This document shows, in pieces, positions 1 through 13,445 of a DNA stretch of 64,000 nt; the stretch's first letter is position 1; the number at the start of each line of letters is the position of its first letter. Position numbers and translations under genes: made by a program. A model generated the notes under the pieces. It did no database searches, was not told where the DNA came from, and saw only the letters and a program-made list of their open reading frames with translations. The stretch comes from Eledone cirrhosa (lineage: Eukaryota), in NCBI GenBank assembly GCA_964016885.1, contig OZ024740.1:309132001-309196000 (forward strand), in the 5' to 3' direction.

Positions 1-93
1 CATCTACTGCATACATAGTTTTCCCTACCTGTTAGTTTGCCTGCTATCCCACTACATCTTGTGTGTACCCAAGATCTGCATTCTGTACATTTT
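1..93 (-). mobile_element. RTE-clade LINE RT-region fragment, cut by the window edge
   Basis: Reverse complement resembles 52590-52680 (the KCTQCRSWVHKRCSGIAGKLTGRE region). Confidence 0.75.
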
Positions 94-109
94 ATATATA
101 TGTATATGT

Positions 110-1602
110 ATCATCATTTTTATGCCCACTTTTCAATGCTTGCGTGGGTTGGATGGGTCCTTCTTAGCATGGCATCTCTCCACTTGTGTTTCTTTGTCAT
201 CCCCTCTGTGAGTCTCAGTAATTTGCAGTCACCTCCCACCACCTCTGCTCAGCTCTTTCTCAGTATACCTCTACTGTGGATTCCATCCAATTCTTCACCC
301 ATCAATCATCATTCATGCGTATCACATGTTTGTACCAATATAGTCTTCTCTCCTGCACACCACCTCAGAGTCCTCTTAAACCCAGTCTTAGTTCATTCAA
401 GCTCTGCCTTTCTCTCATGCTTACATTGCACATCCAACGAAGCATGGCTGCTTCATTCCTCTTCAGTATATGTTTGTCTTCTGCAGTCACTGCCCATCTT
501 TCACTACCATGCAGCATTGCACTTTGCACACTGGCATCATACAGTCATCCTTTTGAATGTAGAGAGAAACCTTTTGTTGTCAACAGTGGGAGTACCTCTC
601 TAAACTTCTTCCATCCTATCCTTATTCTAGCTATTATACTCTAGTGAGGTCACCTAGATAGTAGAAGCTATCGACCATATCTATGGATCCTTCTTGTGAC
701 TGGAAAAAGTTTGTATCATAGCAGTCTTCCTCTCAATTTCTCCTGTGCATCTTCAAGCAATGTTCTCCCTTCCTATTAGTCTACTTGTTATCCCACTACA
801 TCTTTTGTGTACTCAAGATTTATATTTTGTAAATTGTATGGAGTTTATGCCTACTCCTTTTCTGCATATTGAGCAGAGCCACTTCCCTGAGGAAGCACTA
901 GCACTTTACTCACTAGCACTTTAGTTTGGGCTGAGTTTACTTTCAGGCCTTTTGATTACAATTCAGTTTCCATCATCGGAAGTTATTTTCTAGCGCTTTT
1001 TTGTTTTAGCTATAAGGACCAAGTCAACTGCATAGAGAAGCTCCCATGTGCATCCTCTTTTAAACTCCTCTGTTATGGCTTGAAGAACTATGATGAACTG
1101 AACCTTGATGAACTCCTACTTGTACCTTGAATTCCTCACTAAACTCATTTCCTACTCTCACTTTACTGACAGCTCCTCTGTACATAGCGTTCACTGCTCT
1201 CACAAGCCATTCTTCTACACTTAATTTCCTTAAGGACCATTAGATAATATATTGGGGTACTCTGTCAAAGGTCTTCTCTAGATCAACAAAAGCTAAATAT
1301 AGTAGTTAATTTTTGGCTTGGAACTTCTCCTGTAGTTGCCTAAGAAGAGTGTATCTGGGTACTTTTCCCAGGCATGAAACCAAACTGCATCTCATCTATT
1401 TTGACTCTTACCTTAATTAGCTGCACTATAACTCTTTCAGTCACTTTCATAACTTGGTCCATTAGTTTTATTCCTCTATAGTTGATCCTTTCTAGAGCAT
1501 CATCTTTGCCCTTGCAGCGATTTATGATTGTACTGCTGTGCCAGTCATTGGATATGACTCCGTCATCTATTACTTGATTTACGATACGGGTTACTATTTT
1601 GC
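110..1602 (-). mobile_element. Decayed, 5'-truncated RTE-clade LINE (RT + 3' end)
   Basis: ORF 1340-1621 gives IVNQVIDDG...[24 protein letters not shown]...QFGFMPGKST; homologous to 51800-53350; (CAT)n tail at ~110; many stops and frameshifts. Confidence 0.92.
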
Positions 1603-2011
1603 ATTGTGAAAGAAAAGACAAAGAGCGTGGTTTGGCATTCTATAACGCCTGATGTAATGACTCTCCTCATCTCTACAAGGCTCGGAAAATGATATACCAG
1701 TACTGAGTATATTCATATATTGAAGATGGGGAAATTATTTAATTCCAAGCATTCATTCAAGGAATGGAAACAAATTTCGGCATCTTGTGTGTAACTCGGA
1801 AAGTCCTCAGATGATCAGCCAGTGATGTAATGCCTACTAGATAATTATTAATTATTAATTACAGTGATGATAATGATCAAGATGATAAAATTGTGGGGGG
1901 AGGGGGGGGGGAGGGGGGGTAAAGATGCAAGTATATATTTGAAGGTAAAATTGAAGAAATAAAAAATAAAATAAAGTTAAATTTAAATTAAAATAAAATT
2001 AAATGAACAGT

Positions 2012-2292
2012 ATCATCATCATCATCATCATCATCATTTTACGTCCACTTGTCCCTGCTTGCAAGGGTGGGACGGGAACTGATTGTGGCTTGATTTCTAC
2101 AGCTGGATGCCCTTCCTAACACCAACCTCATTTACAGTGAGTGCTGGGTGGTTTTTGCCGTGGCACCTACATGACCACTTTGCAGTGGAATGATAGGGAC
2201 CCCTGTCCCTATCATCTCATTTCTACAGCTGAGTAAACTGGAGCAATGTGAAATAAAGTGTCTTGCTCAAGGAAACAACACATCACCCAGTC
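2012..2292 (-). mobile_element. tRNA-derived SINE (family A), 5'-truncated, with RTE-type 3' tail
   Basis: Reverse complement of the 31406-31745 body; (CAT)n tail at 2012-2037. Confidence 0.85.
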
Positions 2293-2519
2293 TGAGTATA
2301 GTAGTATCTATAACAGCAGTATGTATATCATCACCACACAAGCCTCACACTCATCTTGGTTGTGCCTACCAATCCCACAATTCTTTGCATTGAGAAGCTT
2401 TTATTATTCGGAGATGGTCTGCTGCAGCAATACCACCTATTTCACAGGCCATCTCCATATCAATTATTTTCTACATTTTCTCTGTTTTCTGTTTGTGTTT
2501 GCTGTAATTCCTTTAGTGA

Positions 2520-2668
2520 TTAACTAATTATGCAATCTGAACCTGATGATTCCTCACTTTAAAAAAAATGTTCATGCACAAGCATTGCACAATAGAATTA
2601 ATTAATAATTATTAATAATGGTATATCGTTCAATGGACATACTCGATAACGAGGCGGGCAGCCATCAT
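2520..2668 (+). mobile_element. 3' fragment of an RTE-derived non-autonomous element
   Basis: cattgcacaatagaattaattaataattattaataatggtatatcg...actcgataacgagg matches 48750-48830. Confidence 0.7.
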
Positions 2669-2682
2669 ATATATCATCAAAA

Positions 2683-3040
2683 TCATCATCATCATCATTT
2701 AATGTCAATTTTTCCATGCTGGCATGCGTTAGATGAGTTATCTTGTTGTAAGCAATGCTAGGTCAGGTGACCATCTCATGCTCATACAGAACTGGTTTTG
2801 GCTTGATTTCTACAGTTGGATGCCCTTTCTAGCGCCAACCTCATTTACAGTGAGTACTGGGTGCTTTTTGTTGTGACACCTACATGCCCACTTTACAGTG
2901 TGCGCTGGGTGCTTTTGCCAAACACAACTACTTTACACCGTGGACTGGGTGCTTTTTTTTGCAATGTCACCTATATTATACATATGCTTCATCTTCGGCC
3001 TGTATCATGGGAAGTAGGGTCTTCTGTATTACTGCATAAT
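2683..3040 (-). mobile_element. Decayed RTE 3'UTR / SINE-core copy with ~40-bp tandem units
   Basis: Similar to 58595-58940; (CAT)n tail. Confidence 0.7.
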
Positions 3041-3087
3041 GTATGTATGTATGTATGTATGTATGTATGTATGTATATATATATATA

Positions 3088-3424
3088 GGCACATGGCTTA
3101 GTGGTTAGAGCATTGGCCTTGCAATCGAAAGGTTGTGAGTTCAATTCTCAGACCGGGTGATGTGTTGTTTCCTTGAGTAAGACACTTTATTTCACATTGC
3201 TCCAGTTTACTCAGCTCTAGAAATTAGATGATAGGGACTGGGGTCTATATCATTCCACTGCAAAGTGGTCGTGGAGGTGCCACGCCAAAAAAAGCACCCA
3301 GCACTCACTGTAAATGAGGTTCGTGTTAGGAAGGGCATCCAGCTGTAGAAATCAAGCCAGAATCAGTTCCCATCCCACCCTTGCAAGCAGGGAAAAAGCG
3401 GACGTAAAATGAAATGAAATGATA
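3088..3424 (+). mobile_element. Full-length tRNA-derived SINE (family A)
   Basis: A-box TGGCTTAGTGG, B-box GTTCAATTC, core ccttgagtaagacac, 3' tail cccacccttgcaagcagggaaaaagcggacgtaaaatga. Confidence 0.9.
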
Positions 3425-3429
3425 TATAT

Positions 3430-3555
3430 GGGACATCTAATTAAATCTAAATCCAAATATATCAATACGGTATGATACTTATTTTTTATTTTTCCAGCTC
3501 AGACAGTGAAATCAAATGAAATTTAGCTAGTAGTAAGAATAAAGCATATACAAAC

Positions 3556-3589
<34 letters not shown>

Positions 3590-3787
3590 CATACATGTAA
3601 ACAAACACACACACACACATATATATATACATATATATACATATATATATATATATAGTTTGTATATGCTTTATTCTTACTACTGGCTAAATTTTAATTT
3701 ATTTCAATGTCTGAGCTGAAAAAATGAAAGTTAAATATCGTACCATGTTGAAGATATATTTGAATTTAGATTTAGTTAAATGTCTCA
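3430..3787. repeat. Imperfect inverted repeat (~127-bp arms, 3430-3556 / 3657-3787) around a TG/TA/CA microsatellite
   Basis: agtagtaagaataaagcatatacaaact vs agtttgtatatgctttattcttactact; cagctcagaca vs tgtctgagctg. Confidence 0.85.
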
Positions 3788-3957
3788 GAATGGCAGTGGT
3801 ATCATTGGTGAATCTAAATATATCCTGTTAATACCGAATGTTGTAAAAAGTGGTTGGTTCCTGTCTAAAAGCCATTACCGATAGAGTCAATAACAGTACA
3901 GAAATAAACTTTTCTAGGTCAGAAATAAAGTTAGAGGGTAGTATCTACTCATGTAAG

Positions 3958-4176
3958 GTGTGTGTGTGTATGTAGAAATTATTAAAAAAATTGTGTATAT
4001 ATATATATATATGCATACATGTATATATATATGTGTCTGTGTGTGTGTATTTATATATATGTATGTGTGTGTTTATATATGTGTCTGTGTGTGTATTTAT
4101 ATATATGTATGTGCGTGTTTATATATGTGTGTAAGTGTGTATATATATATGTGTGTGTATATATATATATATATGC

Positions 4177-4210
<34 letters not shown>
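3958..4210. repeat. (TA/TG)n microsatellite
   Basis: Seen directly. Confidence 0.95.
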
Positions 4211-4211
<1 letters not shown>

Positions 4212-4686
4212 ATAAACTACATACTCATAAAAATAGCACTTGTTTATCTTGAGGCCATTAACAAGTATATAACTATTATGTAATTGTTTATATATATGCT
4301 TTGCTTTTGCTTTTTCTTTTAGCCTTCAGCTTGTTACATAAAACGGTAACAGCTGAGTTCATTTTTATCATGTTCCATCTTATTTTCATAAAATATTTTG
4401 ACAAGATTTTGTCAACATTTTTTTATTTCATTTTTTATAGTCAATTGATAATGTAGCAGCCAATTGCTCCAACAATTCTACATTAGTTTCAATGGCTTCT
4501 ATCTTACGTAGAAATGGTTGTGGTGGGTGATTATTACTAAAAAATATAAATAATAATAATAATAATAATGATATTGCTAATATCTATGATAATGTAAACA
4601 GGAACTGGAGATTTCTATTTTTTTTTTAACCAAATAGGGTAGCGGGAAAGGAATGATGTTGGTAAACTGCTGCATTCTTCTCTTTT

Positions 4687-4880
4687 TAACCCTTTTGATA
4701 CCAACCCCCCTGAAACCATATATTTTATGCATTTATTTTTATCTAAAAACCTTCCATCATAAATTCATGTAAGAACCTTTGTTGTTAAGTTATATTCCAA
4801 ACACCAGCTTGATAACGAGAAAGTTACTTATTTTACTAATTCCTTCCAAATTCCTGATCATTTAAAACTTATATGTAGTG
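4687..4880 (+). mobile_element. piggyBac-like MITE fragment
   Basis: TTAA-CCCTTTTGATACC start identical to 54578; related pieces near 5300-5490 (-) and 8880-9110. Confidence 0.55.
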
Positions 4881-5755
4881 TAATAAATGTGGTAAATTTT
4901 TAATCCTACTAGGCTTAAGTCTGCATGTCGCTTTTCTGCATGTTGATAAAATAAATATCTGTAATATACTTTATACTCCTCCCATACAAACATTAAGTGT
5001 TTTATTTCATCAAAATAAAACTATTTCGATGTAATTATTTCACAAGAGATTTCATCTGAGACTGTGTTCTAAATAAAACCATTATATCATCTAGATATAT
5101 TTTAGTCAGTACAAAAAAAGTACACAAACTCAGACACACATACTAATATATTTATTCACTTTTCATTCATTGCTTGAGTTGTCAAAATGTGGTTGCAGTG
5201 GAATTGTGTCAATGATCATATCACAGAGGTATGATAAAAATTTGACACTACATAAAATATATGAAAATTCAATAAAACAGTTTTGCATGTTTTTTAAAAC
5301 TCTTTCAATATCATATTTCTTTTGAAATACATTCTGTTTCTATCAATTAATGAAAAATGTTGAGGAATTTACTAAAGTTATTATTTCATTACTAAGACAG
5401 TAACTCAACATAGAATTAAGTTAGATTTAAGTTTAAATAAGAACCCTTTGAAATAGGTGATTTTGTTTCATAGAGACAGAGCCAGTTTTGGTCTTGAATA
5501 ACCCCCCCTGTTTATTAATTTTTCAGATTTTTTCTAAACCTCCCTGCTGCTCTTATTCCACTCCACCCCGCCTATTAAATTTTGCTAATCTATCTCTGGT
5601 GAAATTTTATTTTAAGTGGTAGCATTCTTGTAATAATTAATTTTATTTATACATTAAAAAACATTATACAAGACAAAAAAAAGTACACTACTAGAATCTC
5701 ATGTTATAAAATAAATAGGATAGGTTAGGGGTCTTAATATGCACACACATATATA

Positions 5756-6250
5756 GTGGCTTGTGAGAACACAGCAAGCCATGTGACGAGGTAATGTCAG
5801 TGAAATGAGTGTTGGCAATCTGTTAAGTGATGAATTCAATGTGCAGGGGAGTTTCATCAAGGTTCAGTCCTTAGTGCCCTTCCTGTTTATTATAGTTCTC
5901 CAGGCATTAACAAAGGAATTTAAGACTGGTTGTCCATGAGAACTTCTGCATGCTGATCACCTGGTTCTTATACCTGACTCTGAGGAACAGCTTGAGAAGG
6001 AATTTCTGTTGTGGAAATAGAACTTTGACTCAAAAGGGCTCAGAGGAAACCTAGCAATGAGGTCAAAACTCTGATTCGATCATGGATGTGGTCATGTTCA
6101 ATATATGGAAAAGGAGTATGTAGTAACTCTATATGATGTACACAATGTAAGGTACATGAAAGGTTTTGTGGGGTTGTCAGCAATCTAACAAAAAAGACAG
6201 ACTTAGCATGTGGTAGATACACAAAAATAATGTGTAGTAAGAGTGGCAAT
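5756..6250 (+). mobile_element. Decayed RTE RT fragment
   Basis: GFHQGSVLS...FIIVLQALTKEFKTGCP*ELLHADHL, homologous to the RT core at 25740-26200. Confidence 0.88.
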
Positions 6251-7249
6251 GCAATGAACTTATCTATTGGTTATTGAATATTTTATATAATTTAATAAAG
6301 CATTTAGTCCACTACTTTTAGTTCTTTCACTCCAATATTTTATTTTTATATGCTTTGCAATATTTTGAAATATTGAGCAACTAGCATAAAAATATTAATT
6401 TTTCATACACATTTTGAAAAAGAAAAAAATGAAAAGAACCCATAAAGAAGTTTAATGTGCTTTTTGTTTTGTTATTTATTTCAGAATTTGCTTTCATTAG
6501 TTTAAAACTACTTGTATTTCTTTGTATCTCATTGCCAATTAATTTGCTGTTATGGCTGTTGTTATTGTTGTTCTAAATGTGTAATAAGTTTCCAGTTAGA
6601 ATTTTGCGTTCTGTTTTGAAAAGTTGTTTGTTTTGAGCTTTAGTTTTGAAATTTTTGGCGTGAAATTTAAATGTTTTTCTTGATGTTTTAGTTCCTCCAC
6701 TTCAACACGATTGACGTAGCCAAAGAGATAAGGTATATTATCTATTCATAGGTCATGAGCTCAAATTCTTTGCTGGCATTTTGTTATGTTTCATGGCAGT
6801 GTATACTATTCTTACATTGCATTAGTGTGTCTAGCTGTCAGGAATAGACACCAGATCATCTAAAAATCTTACTTTTCATAGATTAGCATCCTGTCAAGAA
6901 GGTTTATCTCTAATTTACTTCATGTTTTAAAACCAAAGCTAAGCAGCAACACTCAAAGTACCTCTTGAGGTCCTAGGATAAATTTATTGTTATTATATTT
7001 ATGGAATATAGTATGCAGCTTGATTAACTCTTAATATCTTGTACTGCATGAAAGACTTGACTAAAAAATTTCTATTGGCACTTGTGAAGTGCGGTTGATT
7101 GTTGCACTTGATTGTTGCACTTGGTGGTGAATTAGTCGTTTTTGTTTTTGTTTCCCCTTTTTTTCTTTCTCTCTCTTTGATCATATATTTTGGTGCTTAG
7201 TATTTGTAAAGTTCCTAGCAATAGTTAATTGTATTTATTATATGTGTTT

Positions 7250-7502
7250 GTGAGGGTGGTAGATTGGCAGTATCGGTAGAGAGTCAGATGCCATGCTTTG
7301 CAGCATCGGTAGAGAGTCAGATGCCATGCTTTGCAGCATAGAGTTACGTACCTTTATGATCTGAGTTCAAATCCCGCTGAGGTTAACTTTGCCTTTCATC
7401 CTTATGGGGTCGATAAAATAAAGTAGCAATCACGCACTGGGATCGATTTAATCGACTTTCCCCTGCCCCAAAATTCATGGCCTTGTGCCTATATAAGAAA
7501 CC
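7250..7502 (+). mobile_element. SINE family C (Nin-domain-like) with 13-bp TSD ATTATATGTGTTT
   Basis: B-box gagttcaaatcc, core ctttgcctttcatcc...gataaaata; TSD at 7237-7249 and 7503-7515; internal 33-bp tandem duplication. Confidence 0.85.
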
Positions 7503-8143
7503 ATTATATGTGTTTATATTTTTGTTTATATTTTCATTCTGAACGAATTGCGAACAATTTGTAATGTTATATATACAACTGTGAATAAAATTATATATAT
7601 TAGCAAGATATTCTTGAAAAGTACAAAATAGCACTATGACTGCATCACATTAAAAAGTCTTTACTTTAGTTTACAGCAAATTTTCACATGATCTGTCCAC
7701 CAGTAAAGATACTATTTGAATTAACACATCCATTTAAAAATATTTTCATTTAACACATTGCAAGAGGTTGAAAATTAATTAATTAATGTTGCTTCACTTT
7801 CTTGGCAGTAGAGCTGATCTATCTATAAGAGAATGACGAGATGGTGTAATACTGAATAAACTAGAAATTGGCAAATAGTTTAATGGTTTGTAGGGTTGAG
7901 ATCAAACTTTTGCTTCCTACACATGCCAGATTAGGTCATTTAGTTGAGCTAACAATTGAATCTTCTTGCCAAAGTGATTTATACCTGAAATCCATGCTGG
8001 AACTATACATCTATTTTCTTTTGGAAGAAATGCCTATACTCACGACCTTCACAAGCCTTCTGAAACTTATAAGATCAAGCAGTTAACATTCCTATTGAAT
8101 AATTACAAGTTGACAACTAAAGGAAAAACATGCACCCCTCCCT

Positions 8144-8292
8144 AGTTTGTAAAAGTGTTTATAGAAAGCAACAGTGGCCCCAGTTTATAAAAATGTTTTT
8201 AGAAGTAGTAGTATGCGGTAGTGGCTTCAGGTTGTAAAAGTCTGTTTAGAAAAAGTAGGCAGCAGTGGCTTCAGGTTGTAAAAGTGGTTTTA
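8144..8292. repeat. Degenerate ~40-48-bp minisatellite
   Basis: Repeated agtggcttcaggttgtaaaagt. Confidence 0.7.
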
Positions 8293-9111
8293 GCTTCTGA
8301 AAGTGTGTTGTTTTTAAAGTCATTTACCATTTCATTTTCACCCCGCTGTTAAAATATAGTTTCATGTTGATTCTTACATTGGCACAAAGCCACTATTTGT
8401 AGAGAATGGACAACAACAAATAATTGAATTGATCCTAGTATATGACTGTTATTTATTTTACTTATCCCCTGATGGAGGATCCAGCCAATCTCAGCCAAAG
8501 TTGGCATTTGAACAACAAATGTACAGGAACAAAATAAGGTGCTGCTAAATATTTAGACTAATACTTCAGTTATGCTGCTTCATAGACCCAAAAAGTTTCT
8601 ATTGAAACCATTGGAGACAAACCCTACTAATAGTTCTATACTAAAGAAGATGGAACCATTTCTACAAGGTACTAAAAGAATTGTTGTCATCTGAAATTTT
8701 ATTAAAGAATATCTATCTAAATAAAAAAAAAGGACACACAATCTTGAAGATACCCTCTTCAAGATTGTGTATACTATATATGGGTGGTGGGGTGACTATA
8801 GACTAAAGAAAAGTTAAAGTCTGTCCTAAGCTCAGAGGCTCATCAGGCCAGTGCTTATTGTGGTTTCACTGGCATTAGCCCTTGTTACCAATCTGGCCAA
8901 AACTGGTTCTGATTCTATGAAATAAAGTCATCCATTTTAAAGGTTTCCAATTTATTTTAACATCTTCCAACATAATTTCATATAAGAACATTAAGTTATT
9001 ATCTTAGTAATGAAATAATTAATGATTTTAATAAATCCCTCAAAATGCTTCATTAATTAATTGAAACATTATGCTTCATTAATTCATTAGAAATATAGTC
9101 ATGAAAGAGTT

Positions 9112-9318
9112 GAGCGACTGAGAGTACAAAACTCCTCATTGGACCTGATGCCAGGCCTTTGCAGAGTTACACCCCAACTACTGCTGGTACTCATTTGCAG
9201 CTGAGTATACTGGTGCAACATGAAATTAAGTGCTTTGCTAAAGAATGCAATGCACCAACAGTCCCAGGAATCAAACCCATGACATTATGATTGTTAGTCC
9301 AACACCCTAACCACTCGG
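9112..9318 (-). mobile_element. tRNA-derived SINE (family D), decayed
   Basis: Homologous to 18260-18520. Confidence 0.7.
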
Positions 9319-10319
9319 ATTATTTATATACAAAATATATACAAATAACTGTCATATCATTACTTTTTGTTTCTTTTAATTAGTCCTTACTTCAGCATCA
9401 TATAGCTCCAGAGAAGTCCTCTAATCAAACTGCTAAGTTGGCTGAAGTTAGAAAATCCAGTTATATTTGTTGTAGTTTAGAAATTTTTAATGGGGTCTAA
9501 ACAGTTAAAGATCACAGCTGTCCTATTGCAAGCATTTTAACTGAAAGATTAAGGAGCTCCTATACCAACACAAACACTACACTGATTCCTTTACAAATGC
9601 ACTTAACTTTTAACAACAAATTCTATGTTATTGTAGGGTACAGTTCACTGCCACCATTAGTAATAGCTGTGTAATTGTCAATTGTTTCATAGCTTGTTGA
9701 AGTCGGTCAATTTGGCAGAGTGGTTAGTGTGTTGCTTATTTGCTCTGGGTTTCTGAGTTCCATAGTCTATTTTACCTTTTTTCCTTTCAGAGTTGATAAA
9801 GAAATTACCAGACCATTGCTGGTACAGCTCTTTTTCCTTTTAGCTGTCACATTCTGGCTGTTATGCTGAATCAAAGGAAGGAGGGTTGAGAGGGTGTCTT
9901 TGACCTGATGCAACTGCATGGGCACCTAAAAGCGCTTAATAAAAACATGGTATATACTACCAAGTCATACTCAATGGTGAATGACAGTTATAGTTTAGAT
10001 TTTTAGTAGTATGTAGATTATCTGATCATGCAAAAGAAGAACTTGAGAAACTATTCTAGAAATCTCTTGGTCACTGTAGAAAGATAAATTCTTCATTAAT
10101 TATCCACTGATCAAATGTATTATGGGGGCATTAAATAAAAAAATACTGATAATTCAGTTAACATTTTCTTAAGCCATTATAGTCAGAATATTCTTAGATT
10201 AATGCTATTAATATGCATACACACATGTATGTTGGACTTCTATCAGTTACAATGACAAATGTTCCAGTTGTTAAAACAACAGAACTGCCAGCCGGTTTGA
10301 AAAATGAATATGCAGATGG

Positions 10320-10558
10320 CTGAACATTCCACTGCCATATGAACCCTCAACATAGTTTTCAGGGAGATTCAAGGTGACACAATGTGTGACATGACTGGTT
10401 CTTTGAATTACAAGTACAAATAATTTTTACCAGCTGAGTGAACTGAAGCAAAATAAAATAAAGTGTCTTGCTTAAAGACACAATGCACTACTGGGAATCA
10501 AACTCACTACCAAATAATCATGAGCTGGGCACCCTAACCTCTAAGCCATGCACCTTCA
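10320..10558 (-). mobile_element. tRNA-derived SINE, decayed
   Basis: aaataaagtgtcttgc...aacctctaagccatgcacct is the reverse complement of the SINE head. Confidence 0.7.
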
Positions 10559-10939
10559 TACACATATAACCCCCCCCCCCCCCCCCCCATATCAGTATCG
10601 TATTAGTTACAATCTGGCTTTCATTAATGTTGCTTTTCATCACAGTTGCCATTAAAATAATATATTCTTCTAAAGATAACATTTGGCTGTATTCTTTCTG
10701 TGACAGGAAATGTATATATTACTTTTTTGTAACCCATAATTCTCTTAATGATGAAATAAAATAATTTCAATTACGATAGTGTATCTGTTTTGCTCATATT
10801 TTAATAAATTCCATTATGGCATATCTGAATTCTTTTCATACCTCTTATATTTTCTTCAGTTATGATCGCTGCTATGCAGATATTTGAAGAGGTCTTATAT
10901 ACAGCAATCTTGCTTCATTTACAGATAGTAAATTGGTTT

Positions 10940-11075
10940 AGGTGGTAAAATTAGAACTGTTAGAGCAGTGAATGAAATTACTTGTGGTATTTATTCTTTG
11001 CAGTATGAGTTCAAATCCCATTGAAGTCAACTTTACTTTTCACCCTTCCTGCTTTAATAAATAAAGAACTAGTCT
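10940..11075 (+). mobile_element. SINE family C, decayed
   Basis: gagttcaaatccc...actttcacccttcc. Confidence 0.6.
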
Positions 11076-11229
11076 AGGATGGTGGACAAATGACTCCCAA
11101 AGACTCTATTCTTAACCAGTAACAGGAAAATATATCCATGGAAGACTATATCTTAAAGTTCAGAGATGTCTTGATGTGAAACTTAACATTCTGTAATATC
11201 CAACCAAAGGTATTTGAAACTTTCAGTGA

Positions 11230-11370
11230 AGGAGAAATATTTGTCTTGTTGGTTGTGATGAGAGTATAAGAGAAATATCTGTTATATTGGGTGTGGTGAG
11301 AGTAAAAGAGATATTTTAGTCTTGTTGGGTGTGGTGAGAGCAATGGAGAATTTTTGGGATTGAGAAAGCT
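11230..11370. repeat. ~38-bp tandem repeat, about 3.5 copies
   Basis: gagaaatat...ttgttgggtgtggtgagag repeated. Confidence 0.75.
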
Positions 11371-11653
11371 CATGATGCCGACGATTTTGACCTATTTTTC
11401 ATGTTTTGTTTTTGTAAATTTGAGGACGATTTTGTATATTTTAACTGTTTTACTTTAGCATATAATTTGCAAATCAAATTCATTATTTCTGTTTTTGTGA
11501 AGTCTCACTTAACAAAATTTATATTGAGTCATTTAGACATATAAACCAGTATTATACATAGTGACTCTAGTTACGAACATGATGTCATAGTTAAAGTAGA
11601 CGATATCTAATTACTTATTTATTTATGTGTAGATATTCTTCTTTTTCATTTGT

Positions 11654-11658
<5 letters not shown>

Positions 11659-11718
<60 letters not shown>
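11659..11718. repeat. (GT)n(GA)n microsatellite
   Basis: Seen directly. Confidence 0.95.
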
Positions 11719-12399
11719 TCATCATAGATTTGAAGTAAGAAATCCAGTTTTCAATTCCTAATTGTAGCTACACCCTATTATAAAAAAACTACTTACCCGA
11801 ACAGACAAGCAAGACATGGTTTTTTCCAACCCTCTGAATAAAAACTCAATTGAACTATAATAACACGTCTAACACGTGCTATCATAAAAAACAGTTGAAA
11901 AATGATGATGATGATGATGATGAGGAGGAGAATTTCTAAAACTAAAACGATATTAAATTTCTCGAAGTCAAAGACAGTTGTGATAGAATTTGGTTTTGAA
12001 GGTGTTTTGATATAGCATCTGTTATATTAAAATATTAAGACAGTTTGACAATTCACACAAACCAACCCAATCAATATACTAGCCAAATCTAGGGGTTAAA
12101 TGTTAATGTTGATTCTGGTGCTAATAGCTCTTCACTAACTGAATGTTATGTCAAAGAAAGAAAATAATTAATGTCTCAGTTATTGACTATACTTTCTTTA
12201 ATTGAGTTTGAATTCTACATTTTGTTTTTGTTATTAAAGATATGGGGTGGTTTCAGTTGGATTTTACTTTATCAGAAGTTGTTGATGAATAAAGTATTCA
12301 ACATATCTAGCTGTGGCTATCCCATCTTTATTGTAGGTATTGGATTATTGAAAATAATATCTGTGAATAACTAAAATTGTTTTGTTTTGGTCTGGGATA

Positions 12400-13260
12400 G
12401 CAATTGAGACCAGGTTGAATTCAGTTCAGTAACATTTTATTTGTTGCTTTGAGAGCTAAAGAAGACTGTTATTCCTCTGTAGTTTTCCACATCACTGATG
12501 TTGCTTGATTTTGGAATTGAATTGGTTTGAAGTTTTTCTCACCCCACTGGTCTGGTTTCTCCCAGTTTTTAAGGTGATTGTTTGTGAACTCCAAAATAAT
12601 TTCATCCAAAATGCATCTTATGAGTATCTCAGGAGGAATGCTATCTGGGCTAGTAGCTTTTCTTTCTTTTAGTTTGTCTATTGTGACTTTTAGTTCATCC
12701 ATGTGTAATAGTCCAGTTCTAAAGCTCAGATTCATAAATACAGGATAATTCTCTTCAAATTCATCTTCAACAACAGGAGATTTTCCAGGCAGTTGACTAA
12801 AATGTTGATACCATTTATTAGGATCATCTCTACCTTTTCTGTATATGATATGGATCCCCAAATGAGACCAGCCACGCTCATGGATGTTATCCAACCATCT
12901 TGCTTGGATTCTATACCTAGATCTCCTGCCAGTTAGTTTTGTCTGTAAAATCTGTCTAGTGATTCTTTCTTGAGACATTCTAACTACATGTCCATAGTAT
13001 TAGAACTGTGATCTCACAGATTGGAGAAGTAGCTGCTCTACCTGGATCAACTCTGATCTCTGAGCTACACACTCTATGGGGTAGCATAATTCAAAAGACC
13101 CTTTAGAAGAATCCCATTTTGGCCACTTGTATTCATGATTGTATTCTTTTGGTCATTACACAAGATTCATGACCATAGGGTTGCCACAAATACCAAAATG
13201 AAGATAGCGAGTTTGGCTTTTACATCAACCTCCCCTCTGATGACTGAATCCTGAAGCTGG
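12400..13260 (-). mobile_element. Two abutting, decayed RTE-like LINE fragments
   Basis: ORF 12469-12978 fuses a C-terminal piece (RITRQILQTKLTGRRSR...RWLDNI) to a pre-RT piece (KLKERKATSPDSIPPEIL...PDQW). Confidence 0.75.
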
Positions 13261-13445
13261 CATTACTTGTAATTAAAAAAAATATTTTTTAGAATTTTTT
13301 GAATTTTTATTTGTGGAAATTTTGAAATTTTATTTAAATTGTTCATATATTTCATATCTTAATAACTTCAATTTAATTTTAAATGTTTTTTTTAATTGTC
13401 ATTTTTTTTTTTTTAATTGTCATTTTTTATTTTTTTTAATTGTCA

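Noticed and set aside
1765-1815. Hammerhead on the - strand (CTGAGGA...GAAA)
   Set aside because: No stem I or stem II pairing; likewise for CTGANGA hits at ~2543, 13177, 39025 and 49676
3088-3160. tRNA genes (also 31406 and 37081)
   Set aside because: A/B boxes continue into SINE body and LINE tail; these are SINE heads
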